DNA from: Zancudomyces culisetae HAW-14-8
Lineage: Eukaryota; Fungi; Kickxellomycota
Assembly: GCA_052426225.1 (NCBI GenBank)
Contig: JBNJNM010000006.1
Span: forward strand, 682,001-746,000
Reading direction: 5' to 3'
Length of the DNA: 64,000 nt
Part shown: positions 13,801 through 25,269 of the stretch, piece after piece
Position numbering within the stretch: position 1 is the stretch's first letter
Layout: each line of letters opens with the position of its first letter
Translations under genes and position numbers: made by a program
The notes under the pieces: model-generated
What the model was told of the DNA's origin: nothing
What the model saw: the letters and a program-made list of their open reading frames with translations, nothing else
The model's database searches: none

Positions 13801-16800
13801 ACAACAAATATTGGATGATGATTCAAATGGAAGTATTCAACAATTGATATGCAACATGTTTATAACTGATTTGAAGAACAAGACGACATTTACATTGGCA
13901 CATTATTTGTTGGGATATGATATAAACGATATAACACATACTCAGTTGCCACAACCACACGAGCGATATACATGTTTGCATGCTATACTCAATATTATTC
14001 AGAGTCAAGAACAAGAGCAAGAACAAAGAAAAGAAATTCAGAATAATGTGGTGGCGGTACAACAACCTAAATTGAATGAATTGTGTTTTGAATTGTTGTA
14101 TTTGTTGTGTACAGATTCCGAGACATCGAATTGTACATTGACATATCTTGGAAAATACAATCAAAGTGTGATTAGAATACAACCAAGTATTATACAATAT
14201 AGTAAATTAGATTATTATCAACAACAACAACAACAACAACAAGAAAAATCAATTTATGATGAAGATATTAATGGTGGTAATGGTAATGGTGGTGGTCAGG
14301 ATACACAATTATATTATCAATTCATGTGTGCTAGTTGGATGATGAGATTGGCAGCAAAAGAACTGCATTGTTTATCATTAATGGGTAATCGAACTCAGGT
14401 ACAAAAAATATTTGAAACATTATTTTCCATGACCAACAAGAACAACAACGACAAGAACAACAATAATATTAATAATATTAATGTAGAGTACAAGTCGACG
14501 TATTTGATGGCCGAAATTATTTCGAGTTTTAGATTGAATTATATTGAGAATTTACAACAAGTTCAAAACAAGAAACGGTTTTTGATTCAACAATTGTTGT
14601 TGGCTTTAGAAAACATGAACCAATTTGGAACAGTCAAAACTGGAAATATGATTGGGATTGGGATTGGAAATGGGATAGATAGTAAATCAAGTATTTTGGA
14701 TTTTGTTGTTGGAATTCTGAGAAAATTTGATTCATCTATTGAATTACCAATTACTGTTAATAGTAAAAATCAAATGATGACATTGATTGATTTGGATAAA
14801 TTGGTGATACTATTCAAGGAACAAAAAGCAAGCAAGGGAGAAATGACGATTCCGGCACAGATTGCAGAACTGTTGCTATCTACAATATATTATGCAAACC
14901 TTGAATCTCGACTCTATTATTCGTATAACCAAGTGGTTAGTGGGTATTGTGAATTGTTGACTATAACGTTTACATCTGCATGGCCATACATCAACGTCAC
15001 GGCGCCAATGTATTTCCAAACCAAGGCTCAACTACTGGTTGATATATTGGCTCTTTCATGTCAACAAATCCTTTCATTCCCTAATTTGTACATGTATGGA
15101 TTGAGTTCAAATCGATACCAACATGATGCTGCTATTAATTATTTTGCGGAGGATTATATTCGAACAAGTGAAATTTGTGTATTGTCAAGTCGGTTATCTG
15201 TATCTACTTGTGAAAAATTATTTTCTGAATTCTCCAATTCCAATTCCAATTCAAATTCCAATTCCAATTCAAACTCAAATGATCTAGATTTATTAATGAA
15301 TGGATATAAATCTTTACTTGCTTGTTGTACAACCAAAATGTTTATATCTCTGGTAGAATTGAGAACAAATATTTATACTTCAATATTACATTTGTTTAAT
15401 CTCTCATCAACCTCAACAAAATCATTATCAATATCAACAACAATAGGTATAAATGAAACTGGAATTGATATACTTTTATCAAATCTTGCTTCTGATGCTC
15501 TTGTTGCAAATCCTGCTACTCGTGCCATTGCTTATACTTTAATGGGTTCTATCCTACGTAATCGAATCCATGCTGCTAACCTCTTGGATTTGTTTTCCAA
15601 AAACAATTATTACTCCTTGTTTGTCGATGCTCTAAAATCCATTATTCTCAATCCTTCCTTATACTCTCCTAACATTCAATCTCAATCTATATCTCAATCT
15701 ATATCTCAATCTCAATCTCAACCTCAATCTCAATCTCTAGCTATTGATAATCAACATCAACATCAAAATCTCTTGTTATTGTACCATTGTATCGTCTTGT
15801 TCTTTATAGATTGCTGTACAATTTCCTCTCCTTCTCATTCTTCTCCTTCTTCTTCTCCTTCTTGTTCAACTATATCAACTGCTGCTTCTAAACTCTTGGA
15901 TTCTAATCTTCTTGATGTTCTATGTACCTTCAATTACCCTTCATCTACCTCAAACATTCCTTACTCTACCTCTACTTCTACCTCAAACATCCCTCCCTCT
16001 TCATCATCATCATCTTCTTCAACTATTGATTATTCTCATCTCTTTTCCAACTCTTTAAACCTTGTAATTGCTCTTCTTTCTTCAATTCCTTCCTCTCAAC
16101 TCTCCAACTATTCCTTTTTGATTTCTGAATTTATCTCTTGTCACTTTTCCATGTTTTATCATTCTCTATCCTCTGTTCTTCTCTTTTCCTCCTCCTCCTC
16201 CTCCTCTTTTTCCTCTTCCTTCTCTTCCTCTTCTGCCTTTTTTGATCCTTCTCAATTATCTCTTGTTGCCCTTATTGCAAAATTCTTTTCAATCATCTCT
16301 TCCTCCTCCTCTTTTTCCTCTCCTCAATCATCTTCTCCATCTTCTTCCTCATCTTTTAACCTGTTGACTTCTCTACTATTTTCCTGTCTGTTCCAATTTG
16401 CTGATCCAAACTCTTTCATCTCTCCTTCTATTACAAACTCTGATACCATTGATTTCCTCCAAAACTCTATCAATGATATTCTAACTTTTACTCTAACTTT
16501 TTCCTATAACCTATTCCCAATTACTTCAACTAGAACTACCAACAGCAACAGCAACAGCAACAGCAACAATAACAGCAACAGCAACAGCAACAGCAACAAC
16601 AACAACAACAATAGCAAGAACATCAATAAAATGAAACCATGTTTTTCAACTGTAATTGATCATTTGGTTTCTCCATCTTCCTTTATTCTCAACAATAACT
16701 CTTTGAATGATATCAAAACAGGTGCTTTACTATTCAATCATACTACACTTCCATCTCTTTCTGTACTGATTAAAATCATCAATTCTCATATTCCAATTCT

Positions 16801-17011
16801 TTTAAAGAATCAAAAATCCTTAAGAAATACTACTACTACTACATTGACGATTATTCAACAATCTCTATTGATTCTTTATACTCATCTCGAGTATTTCTTG
16901 GATTCTTCTTCACTATCACCTTCAGAAAGGAAAATCTTTGTTAATGATTGTATTGTGGTATTGCCAAATTTACTAAATAACCTACATTCACTTGTTTCAA
17001 ACCTTACATCT

Positions 17012-17045
<34 letters not shown>

Positions 17046-17542
17046 CTAAAAATAATAGTAGTGATAGTGGTAGTGGTAGTTTAGATTTGAAGAATTGGAA
17101 TTATAATGTTGGTTTTTTGGTCTTGTTGGTTAAACGACTTGATTTCATTATCAGTTCTCTTTCTCCTAATAATTCCCAAAATACCACTACTACTACTACT
17201 ACTCCTCCTCCTCCTCTTACATCTAATGTTTGGTCTTCTTTTGATGATGTTCCTGTTTCATCAAATACCAACTCCAACCTTAACCTCAATTCTACTACTA
17301 ACGTTCTTGGTAATTCTTTGCAAACTCCAATTTCCTTTTCTCGCTTTAAACAACCTGGATTTTTTAGTTCCTTGAATCCAAATACAATTTCCAACCAGAG
17401 TCAGAATCAAAACCAGAACCAGAACCAAAACCTAAACCTAAACCAAAACCAGAATCAGAATCAAAACCAGAATCAATATCTAAATACATCATCAAGTTCT
17501 TTTGGTTTTTCTTCTTTTAAATCCAATCCTTATTACCTTTAA
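10172..17542 (+). CDS. NUP192: Nucleoporin Nup192/Nup205 family; join(10172..10364,10476..17542)
   Basis: N-terminal pattern LENG|QIKVSGEEMKVNARFIEE...SEFLELDEEVAA, YYSERQ.ML.CL, CSWEALFQSLEYY, TLAHYLLGYD, RYTCLHAILNI and ELCFELLYLLCTD. The protein is ~2400 aa and helical. Phase-1 GTAAGT...ATAG intron. Confidence 0.82.
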
Positions 17543-17963
17543 TTCTTTTTTTATTTTTAGCTATTTTATTTTACTTTATATTTTACCTTGTCAATTTAAT
17601 CAAAGTGCAAGTTTTAAATCACGTTATTTTTTTATTTATTAAATATACAAAATTATTACTAATCAAAATATAATGGTAATCAAAGCAATTATTACTACCT
17701 TGGGATTGGAATTTGAATTGGAATAAGGTAAAAGTTTATCTCTTATTGGGTAAAAAAAAAATAATTCAGATTCTTTTTTCTTTTTTCTTTTATTTTTCCT
17801 CATCAATTATTACACGGTTTTTGCATTACAAAAAGAAAACTTGGTTTGTTCTCTTTATCTTTTGTTATATATATCATATATAAAAATCTATATTATATTT
17901 GCAACTCATTTATCTAGAAAAGAGGAATTACAATAACAATAACATTAAATATATATAGCCATC

Positions 17964-19703
17964 ATGTATACTACAAGCAAGTCTACTTTTTTTAATTTCT
18001 ATTTTATATTTGTATTTTATACTTTGTATATAAATATATATTGAATTCAATAATACAAAAAAAAAACTGAAATGTAATGTAATAAAATAAAATAAAATAA
18101 AATTGGATAATAGAAACTACAAGGAAACAACTAGATTTGTCTCGATACAATGACGAGTCTACAACCACTACTAATACACAACAACAACAACAGAAAAAGG
18201 GACAAAAAACAAAAGATTTGGATTTCTATTTATCCTGCGAATTTACCATAAAAGAACTAGTTCCTTCAAGACTACATCCCAATTACGATCCAAGTCTTGG
18301 CAAAGCCCACAATGGTACCCAAAATTCCTTGATTATAGTTCCTTCCAATAACCATTCCTCTCCCCAATCCTCCAATACAACATTGGTTTCTGACACACCG
18401 CTCATTTATGATGTTGGTTTGAATTGTATTTATAAACAGGTTAGTTTATTCTTCCTTCTTCTTCCCTTCCTTCTCCTTCATTCTTCCTTCTCCCTTCCTC
18501 TTTCTTTTCTTTTCTTTTCTTTTCTTTTTTTTTAAAAAAAAAAATAATATTTTTAATGTACTTGAAATTATTATTACTATATTTATAGTTTGCAATGAAA
18601 TCTAAAGAGGCCGCTAGAGTTTCTAAACATGTCGAGTATATCAACAATCTTTCTGCAAGCAATACATTTGACAATAATAATAAGAATAATTTGAAGAATA
18701 ATAATAAAAACAAGAATGAGAATGAAAATGAAAATGAAAATACCAGGAATATTCTAAATTCAAGCCAAAATCTCGATTCAACCAATATCATCACTACTAC
18801 TACTACTACTGCTAATGGGACTAGTACTACAACTACAACTACCAATAAAACTAGTGTTACTTCACAAAACAAACAATCGTCTAGTAATGGTATTGTCAAG
18901 TGGTTTACATTTATTGATACTTGGTATGATTTTTTTTACATGTTGGATAGATCTCTAGTAAAAAAACCTAATCAAACCTCCATACTTAACAACAACAACA
19001 ACAACAACAACAACAACGATAATGTTAATGATGGTGGTAGTGGTGATAGTGGTAATGATACTGTGTCTAATCCTTTACCACTAAGATATCTTTTGAAAAA
19101 ATACGAAGGGTATTCTGTAATAAAAATCAAAGGATTCCAAGCAGTTGGTCATTTCCTTGGCAGTAAGTTGCAAAACTCGTTTTCATAATTATTATTTTTA
19201 TTATTAAACTAATTTATCTTAAATGTATGTGTATTTATATGTATATAATATGTATATGTATGTATGAATAAATAGATTTTGATTTATTCAGAGTACAGGC
19301 AAATATCAATAACACCAACAACACCAACAACGCCAACACATACAACAACAACAATGGCAATATTAGTGATAGTCAAACACATCATCATGATCATTACAAT
19401 TATCAAAGGAATAATTCTGGTTTGGGGTATAGTTATGATTTTTCAACAAATAAAATTCTTTCAAATAATACAGATACCAATACCAATAACAATACCAATA
19501 ACAATACTAACAAATCAAATAGTAGTCAACAAACTCAACCTCAAGCTCAATCAAATCTACAAGAACAAGAGCAAGAGCAAGAGCAAGAGCAAGAAAAAAA
19601 TCGACATTTTACAATTTCTGTAAAAAAGATATACGAAAATAACAATCTTGTAAAAATCAACTATGAATACAACATTCCAATACCAAGCGTTGATACCGAC
19701 GAC

Positions 19704-19737
<34 letters not shown>

Positions 19738-20150
19738 GATCCGAGTCTGTTGATCCCATGTCATATTATAACGATGGTTCGGTGGTTTATAGACTGGATG
19801 ATGTGTTTCATAGTCTGTATGATAAAACTTATCAAGCCTCCATCAATTGTCATGAACCTGGAATTCGAATGCTTAAAAGATATCTAGATAGTTGGACATC
19901 TACCAATTCAAATTCAAACTCCAACTCCACTACATTTACATCTACAAATAATCAAAATATAAATGAAAATGAAAATTCAAAACCTTCTACTACTTCTTCA
20001 ATCCTATCATTTATAACCACAAACAATTGGGCAGATAGCGTTCAAGGTCAGTTTTTCCATCGGTTTTATCTTGCCACCATTAATGCTGATGGTGTTAAAA
20101 TGATACTTGAATATTATAAACGGAAATCCCAAAATGATAATGATAAATAA
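17964..20150 (+). CDS. Hypothetical protein with Asn/Thr/Gln-rich insertions; join(17964..17976,18114..18439,18589..19162,19276..20150)
   Basis: Three listed ORFs join in frame via GTTAGT...ATAG and GTAAGT...ATAG introns. The first intron is GCAAGT...ATAG. I did not recognise a family. Confidence 0.65.
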
Positions 20151-20415
20151 CCTATAAAAAAATTAAGGTTTAAATGAAAAATAAAAAGTATAAAATATAA
20201 AATAAAATACATTTCTCTCTAGAATTCTTTTTATTTATTATTTATTCTGTATGTCTTGTTTTATTTTGATGTTTCTAGTCAAAATAAAACTGTTATTACT
20301 CTAGTTTCAAAAATATATTTAAATTATTGTTGCTATTGCTATTGTTATTGATATTGATATTGATATTGATATTGATACAAGTCTTATTTGTTTGCTTGAT
20401 TTCCTGTTTCCCTAA

Positions 20416-23400
20416 TTAGTCCAATTTCTCCCAACTACTAGCTACATAACTATTAATCTGTTGCTCTCGAATAATCAAGTTCAGTTTAAACGCTGCCTCT
20501 TCCAACTTGTTACGTTTATCTATCAACTTTAAATACTCTCGAATACTTGGATTTTCATTGGCAAAGTCACGTGCCATTTTTTTGTGTGGCCTACTACTTA
20601 TACCACCACCACTATTACTATTACTATTACTATTATTATTGATATTGGTGTTGGTATTATTATTATTATTATTGTTATTAGTAGTAGTAGTAGTAGTAGT
20701 ATTTCTGCCCCAGTATCGGTTATGCGAATCAGTTTTCCCACTGGTCATATTTTTCTGTGAAGAGGATAGTGTTGTTGCACCACTTGATACTCCATCACTA
20801 CCAATACCATAATTGTCATTATTACTGTTGCTACTAGCATTAGCATTAGCATTAGTATTGCTATTGGTACCGTAAAAGTATCGATAGGTTTGGTTATCCA
20901 AATCTCTAATGATCTGGAAGAAAAAGTCATGGATCAACTCGTAGTTAATAAACAACACAGCATTATACGCCAGTTTTTCGCCTAGCAATGTCATAAACAC
21001 CTCGATACACTGTGCTTTATTCTCAGCCTTTTTACACGCACTGCTTCCCACTACCCGTTTGCGTATTTGAAGCATGGCCCCACGTGCTTGTAGCGATAGA
21101 ATATCGTAAGCTGCTTGGACTGCTTGAGGACTTGCCACTACATTGAGTGCCGAAATTTCGGATTTGTAACTACCAACAGTACCATTGACACTATCAGTAC
21201 CACCACTAGTATTGCTACCATTATTACTGTTACCACTCTGATCCTCAACCTCAACCTCAACCTCACCATTACTATTATTATTACTATTACTGTTACTGTT
21301 ATTGTTATTGTTGCTATATAATGAATTCAATAGTCCACTTCCGAAAAAACTCTTTGTCACTTTAACCTTGGACGTCGACAGTTCATCGTCCCCACTCTCT
21401 CTGTTGCTGTCTGTTTCAGAATCCATATTCATATTCATATTCATATTGACACCGATTGTTGTCGAATCACGAGAATCTGTCGAATTCCTGGTTTCTTTGC
21501 CCTTGGTCTTATTCGCTCCTGATATTGAATTACCATTACCATTGTTAACCGCCCCTAATCCTCTCTTGAATCCAATTGAACCATTTTGAATCTCTTCAAG
21601 CACCTGTTCCATCTTCATCCCATTCTTCATTGCTGTCTTGAAAATACTCATTGCATTCTTCAAGTGTTTGCTTGGAACGTGTGATTTTACCTCCTTGATC
21701 TTTTTCTTGCATTCAGCTAGCTCCCGGTCAAGCATATCCAGCGCATGCTTCCTAGCAACCTCCCACTCATGAGAGTCTATTTCCAACTCATGTTTGAATG
21801 GCTTGATTGAGTTTTCAACCTGATCCACCGTAAGCTGGTAGTTGGATCGGATGTTTCTATATGCCATATTTATCAGCTCGGTGCGTGTATCTGGATGGTA
21901 TGAAAGTGGCGGTGCATTTACAATCTTGTTTACATTTGCCATTATCAAATCTGCCACCATGTTTGTCGTACTCCTTCCTACCCCACTTCTGGCCAACATT
22001 GCCGACGCCAATTCAAGTCTATGGTTCCAATACATGTCGTATTCTGGTCTCCACCCCCGTTTGGGTCTTTCCATCATCTTTCTTGCTCGCTCATTATCGT
22101 CTATTCCCATATTACGGTACCCACCATTCCCCGGAAATGATGATGTCTGCTGCTTATTTACACCATCGACTCCTGATTGTCCTGAATCAAACCTTGACCC
22201 ATTGCTATCCGAAGAAGACCCTTGCAGTATCATCAATTTCCTGTTTACAAAACCCAACTCAGCACCTTGGAATTCATTGAATGTTGCCGTAACAATAACA
22301 CCCAATTTTGCCAAAATTCCAGTCATTTTGACCGCAACAGAACCCAGTAAACCATCCGATGTCTCCCCCAAAATATGACTGTTTAGCTTCGATATACGTT
22401 GGTCCCTCCAATAAACATCATTGCATATTTCCAATACCCGCTGCTGCAACACCTTTTCTACCTCTGAACGAACCTGTGCCCTTCCAAACGATGCTTGGAA
22501 TACCTTGAATCTTTGTTTTAATGTATCCATACACTCTGCCAAATATGATTCCGCAGTTATCCTTTCGTCGTTGTAATGCACCTTTATCTGATACTTTGTT
22601 TCCTCTAAATCCACCCGAACCGCCTCTATAAACCCTGAAAGACTGCTGCTCATACTTTCCTCCAATACCCCTACAAGCTTTTCCCGTAAAAGCCCCACGC
22701 CCACCTCTACACCTGCCCGTCTAAACTCACCATGCTTGTTAAAATATTGCGTCTCAGTCAACTCATTCGCTCCATCTCGTAACTCACCTTCTTTTTTCAT
22801 TTTGATTTTTTTACTTATAACCCCTACATACCCCAGATGAAGAGGATAATCCGATTGTGTCAGCACTCTTACAGCCTCCCTTGGCTCTAAAACATCCACT
22901 TTTGTAACTACCCCAATTGTTCGTACTCCCAGAGGATCGGTTCTACGGGTTGCCTGTAGTGCCTCGGAATTGGCCAAATCAACATCTGCCGCACACACCG
23001 CCAGTATTATGTTTGGTTCCCTTATGTACTTTTCACACACATTCTGAATTTTTCGCTTCAACTCCAGCGGCTGGTATTTATTGGTAACTTGGATGTAGCC
23101 AGGCAAATCTACCAACCTCAGATCTGGAACATCACGAGAATATATCCGTAACTCAATAGCCTTTTCAGATACACATTCTTCCTCGGGAACAGCCATGTTC
23201 AAATCAACCAGTGTTCGCTGGATCTTCTTGAAATCCGTAATTCGGCCCAACCCCAGCTCTGGAAATTCTCCATATGATTCTCGTATCCCAGGATCATTTA
23301 TTAGCGTTAACTCTATAGGCCTTCTTGTTACCATGTTGGTACCCTTAGGCAAGAACTCCTGCCCCACTATTGCCTCCAATACAGAGCTCTTTCCGGAACT

Positions 23401-24471
23401 CTGCGAACCTATTACCACAATACTTGGTAGCTTCAGTTGTGACTTTACCCTTCTTTCCTCTGAATAGTCCTCAATTGAATTTATGATCGTTTGTATTTCC
23501 AACAGCCTCTTGGTCAGTTGCATCAAAACATTTGATTTTGCCTTATCGCTTCTATGTAGTCCAGTATTTTCCCCATCATTGTGCTGTTCTTTGTTCATAC
23601 CACTACCAAAATACTCGTCATCTTCAGCTCGGATAACCGTGGTCGCTGCTGCTGCTGCAACTGCTGCTCCCCCCATGCCATCTTCTGGATTTGGTTCTCC
23701 CTTTCCACCCTTTCGAGATTTTTTTTCTTTTTGCTCCTCTGATCCACTGCTACCCTTCTTTGAGTCCCCACTTGACTTGAACCACTCTTTATTCTTTAGA
23801 TTTTCGAGTGACGCTTTAAATTTTTGTATTCGTGAAGTTGCCCATTCTGGTGCGGAAAACTGATTAAGTTTGTACTCTATATATCCTAATCCTGCTATGC
23901 CTGCCATTACTATTGAACTGAGTAGCCGTGCACTCAAACTGCTAAATCTAAACGCTGCCCCAGCGCCCCCCGAAACTATCGTTTTTACTGCATTTCCTAT
24001 TATTTTGACGATATTGCTTCCTGTGGATGCATACCTGTATATTTGGAGTGTTGCAACTGATCTTTTTCCAATGAGCTTGTTAAATCTATACATACTGGGA
24101 TTCCCTGTTGTTCCGTTATATTGTCCACTAAAATTGCGCCAGAAATTGGCGTTTCTCGATCTGCCACTATACTGTCGTACATTTGTCAATTGCGCATTCT
24201 GAATGTTTGTATTTAAGTTGCATTTTGAAACCATTGAACTACTGAAAAATGATACGGTGCTATTTCTTTGCACACCTTTCTTTAAACTAACGTCTCTGCC
24301 TAACATTGAAGAGCACTGGATCTGCGTTGTGGTAGATTTTGCTCTTTTTCGAAGACCTGTGCCAAATTTGATATTTGGATTCGTATATCTTCCAATTGAG
24401 CTTGCCTTCACACTCAATTGTGCCCTTTTATTCATCGTTCTTACTTTTCTTAAATTCCTTAGATATAGCAT
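20416..24471 (-). CDS. MGM1: Mitochondrial dynamin-like GTPase Mgm1 (OPA1-type inner-membrane fusion protein), intronless
   Basis: Arg-rich presequence, TM segment ...GIAGLGYIEYKL and an Ala-rich second hydrophobic segment. G1 LPSIVVIGSQSSGKSSVLEAIVG, G2 MVTRRPIEL, G3 DLPGYI, G4 TKVD; DVDLANSEAL; QVENSIKPFK. Confidence 0.93.
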   Translation of the reverse strand: MLYLRNLRKVRTMNKRAQLSVKASSIGRYTNPNIKFGTGLRKRAKSTTTQIQCSSMLGRDVSLKKGVQRNSTVSFFSSSMVSKCNLNTNIQNAQLTNVRQYSGRSRNANFWRNFSGQYNGTTGNPSMYRFNKLIGKRSVATLQIYRYASTGSNIVKIIGNAVKTIVSGGAGAAFRFSSLSARLLSSIVMAGIAGLGYIEYKLNQFSAPEWATSRIQKFKASLENLKNKEWFKSSGDSKKGSSGSEEQKEKKSRKGGKGEPNPEDGMGGAAVAAAAATTVIRAEDDEYFGSGMNKEQHNDGENTGLHRSDKAKSNVLMQLTKRLLEIQTIINSIEDYSEERRVKSQLKLPSIVVIGSQSSGKSSVLEAIVGQEFLPKGTNMVTRRPIELTLINDPGIRESYGEFPELGLGRITDFKKIQRTLVDLNMAVPEEECVSEKAIELRIYSRDVPDLRLVDLPGYIQVTNKYQPLELKRKIQNVCEKYIREPNIILAVCAADVDLANSEALQATRRTDPLGVRTIGVVTKVDVLEPREAVRVLTQSDYPLHLGYVGVISKKIKMKKEGELRDGANELTETQYFNKHGEFRRAGVEVGVGLLREKLVGVLEESMSSSLSGFIEAVRVDLEETKYQIKVHYNDERITAESYLAECMDTLKQRFKVFQASFGRAQVRSEVEKVLQQRVLEICNDVYWRDQRISKLNSHILGETSDGLLGSVAVKMTGILAKLGVIVTATFNEFQGAELGFVNRKLMILQGSSSDSNGSRFDSGQSGVDGVNKQQTSSFPGNGGYRNMGIDDNERARKMMERPKRGWRPEYDMYWNHRLELASAMLARSGVGRSTTNMVADLIMANVNKIVNAPPLSYHPDTRTELINMAYRNIRSNYQLTVDQVENSIKPFKHELEIDSHEWEVARKHALDMLDRELAECKKKIKEVKSHVPSKHLKNAMSIFKTAMKNGMKMEQVLEEIQNGSIGFKRGLGAVNNGNGNSISGANKTKGKETRNSTDSRDSTTIGVNMNMNMNMDSETDSNRESGDDELSTSKVKVTKSFFGSGLLNSLYSNNNNNSNSNSNNNSNGEVEVEVEDQSGNSNNGSNTSGGTDSVNGTVGSYKSEISALNVVASPQAVQAAYDILSLQARGAMLQIRKRVVGSSACKKAENKAQCIEVFMTLLGEKLAYNAVLFINYELIHDFFFQIIRDLDNQTYRYFYGTNSNTNANANASSNSNNDNYGIGSDGVSSGATTLSSSQKNMTSGKTDSHNRYWGRNTTTTTTTNNNNNNNNTNTNINNNSNSNSNSGGGISSRPHKKMARDFANENPSIREYLKLIDKRNKLEEAAFKLNLIIREQQINSYVASSWEKLD

Positions 24472-25250
24472 ATCGATTTATGTTTATTTTTTATATTGAT
24501 CTACATGAAATAAAAGTAGTTATCAATCCAATCCAATCCACTCTGCCCTCCCTTGATTTTGTTCTCTTTTGAGTTTCGCTTTTCTTGACACTTTAAAGTA
24601 TGAAATTACACTCCGTTTATAAAGTATGATATATTGAAAGTCAAGATCTGTCAAGTTTTAATCTGTTCTATGTTATTGTCCAAGTTGCAAGTTTGGTATT
24701 TTTGGTATTTTTGGTAATTGATAAACTTTTTTCTTTATTTTTTTTTACCACACATCGCCAATAATTGTTAACCTATTCCTGCTAGGAACTGGCTGGCTTT
24801 TTAATTTTATTATTTACATTTTATGTGTGAATTTTCCATTTCTTGGAAAATATTGAATTAATCTTGGCTAAATCATTTAATTAAATATGAATGTTCAGCC
24901 TCTAGCTTAATAATGCCATGTGTTTGTTTTCTATTCTTTTTCTTTTTCTTTTTCTTTTGATCTTGGTTTTATCGTGTAAATAACAGTTATATAGATAGTA
25001 AATTGCTTATTAACAAGGATCAAATTAGATACAATAAAGTAAAAATAACAGTAAAAGTCGTGTAGAAGGGGAAGAAATGGAGGGAGGGGTATTAGTTGAA
25101 TGATAGACTAAAATAGGCTTTTAGGTTTATACAGAATATGTCTAACAATTCGGCTTTTGCTGCTTATTTCTAATAAAAAAAATAGTATTAAAGCTCCTCA
25201 GACCTAGATTACCCAAAAAGTTCAATCACAACAAGTTCATCATAATCCTT

Positions 25251-25269
25251 TGTGTGTGTGTGTGTGTGT
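25251..25269. repeat. (TG)n microsatellite
   Basis: Directly visible. Confidence 0.8.
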
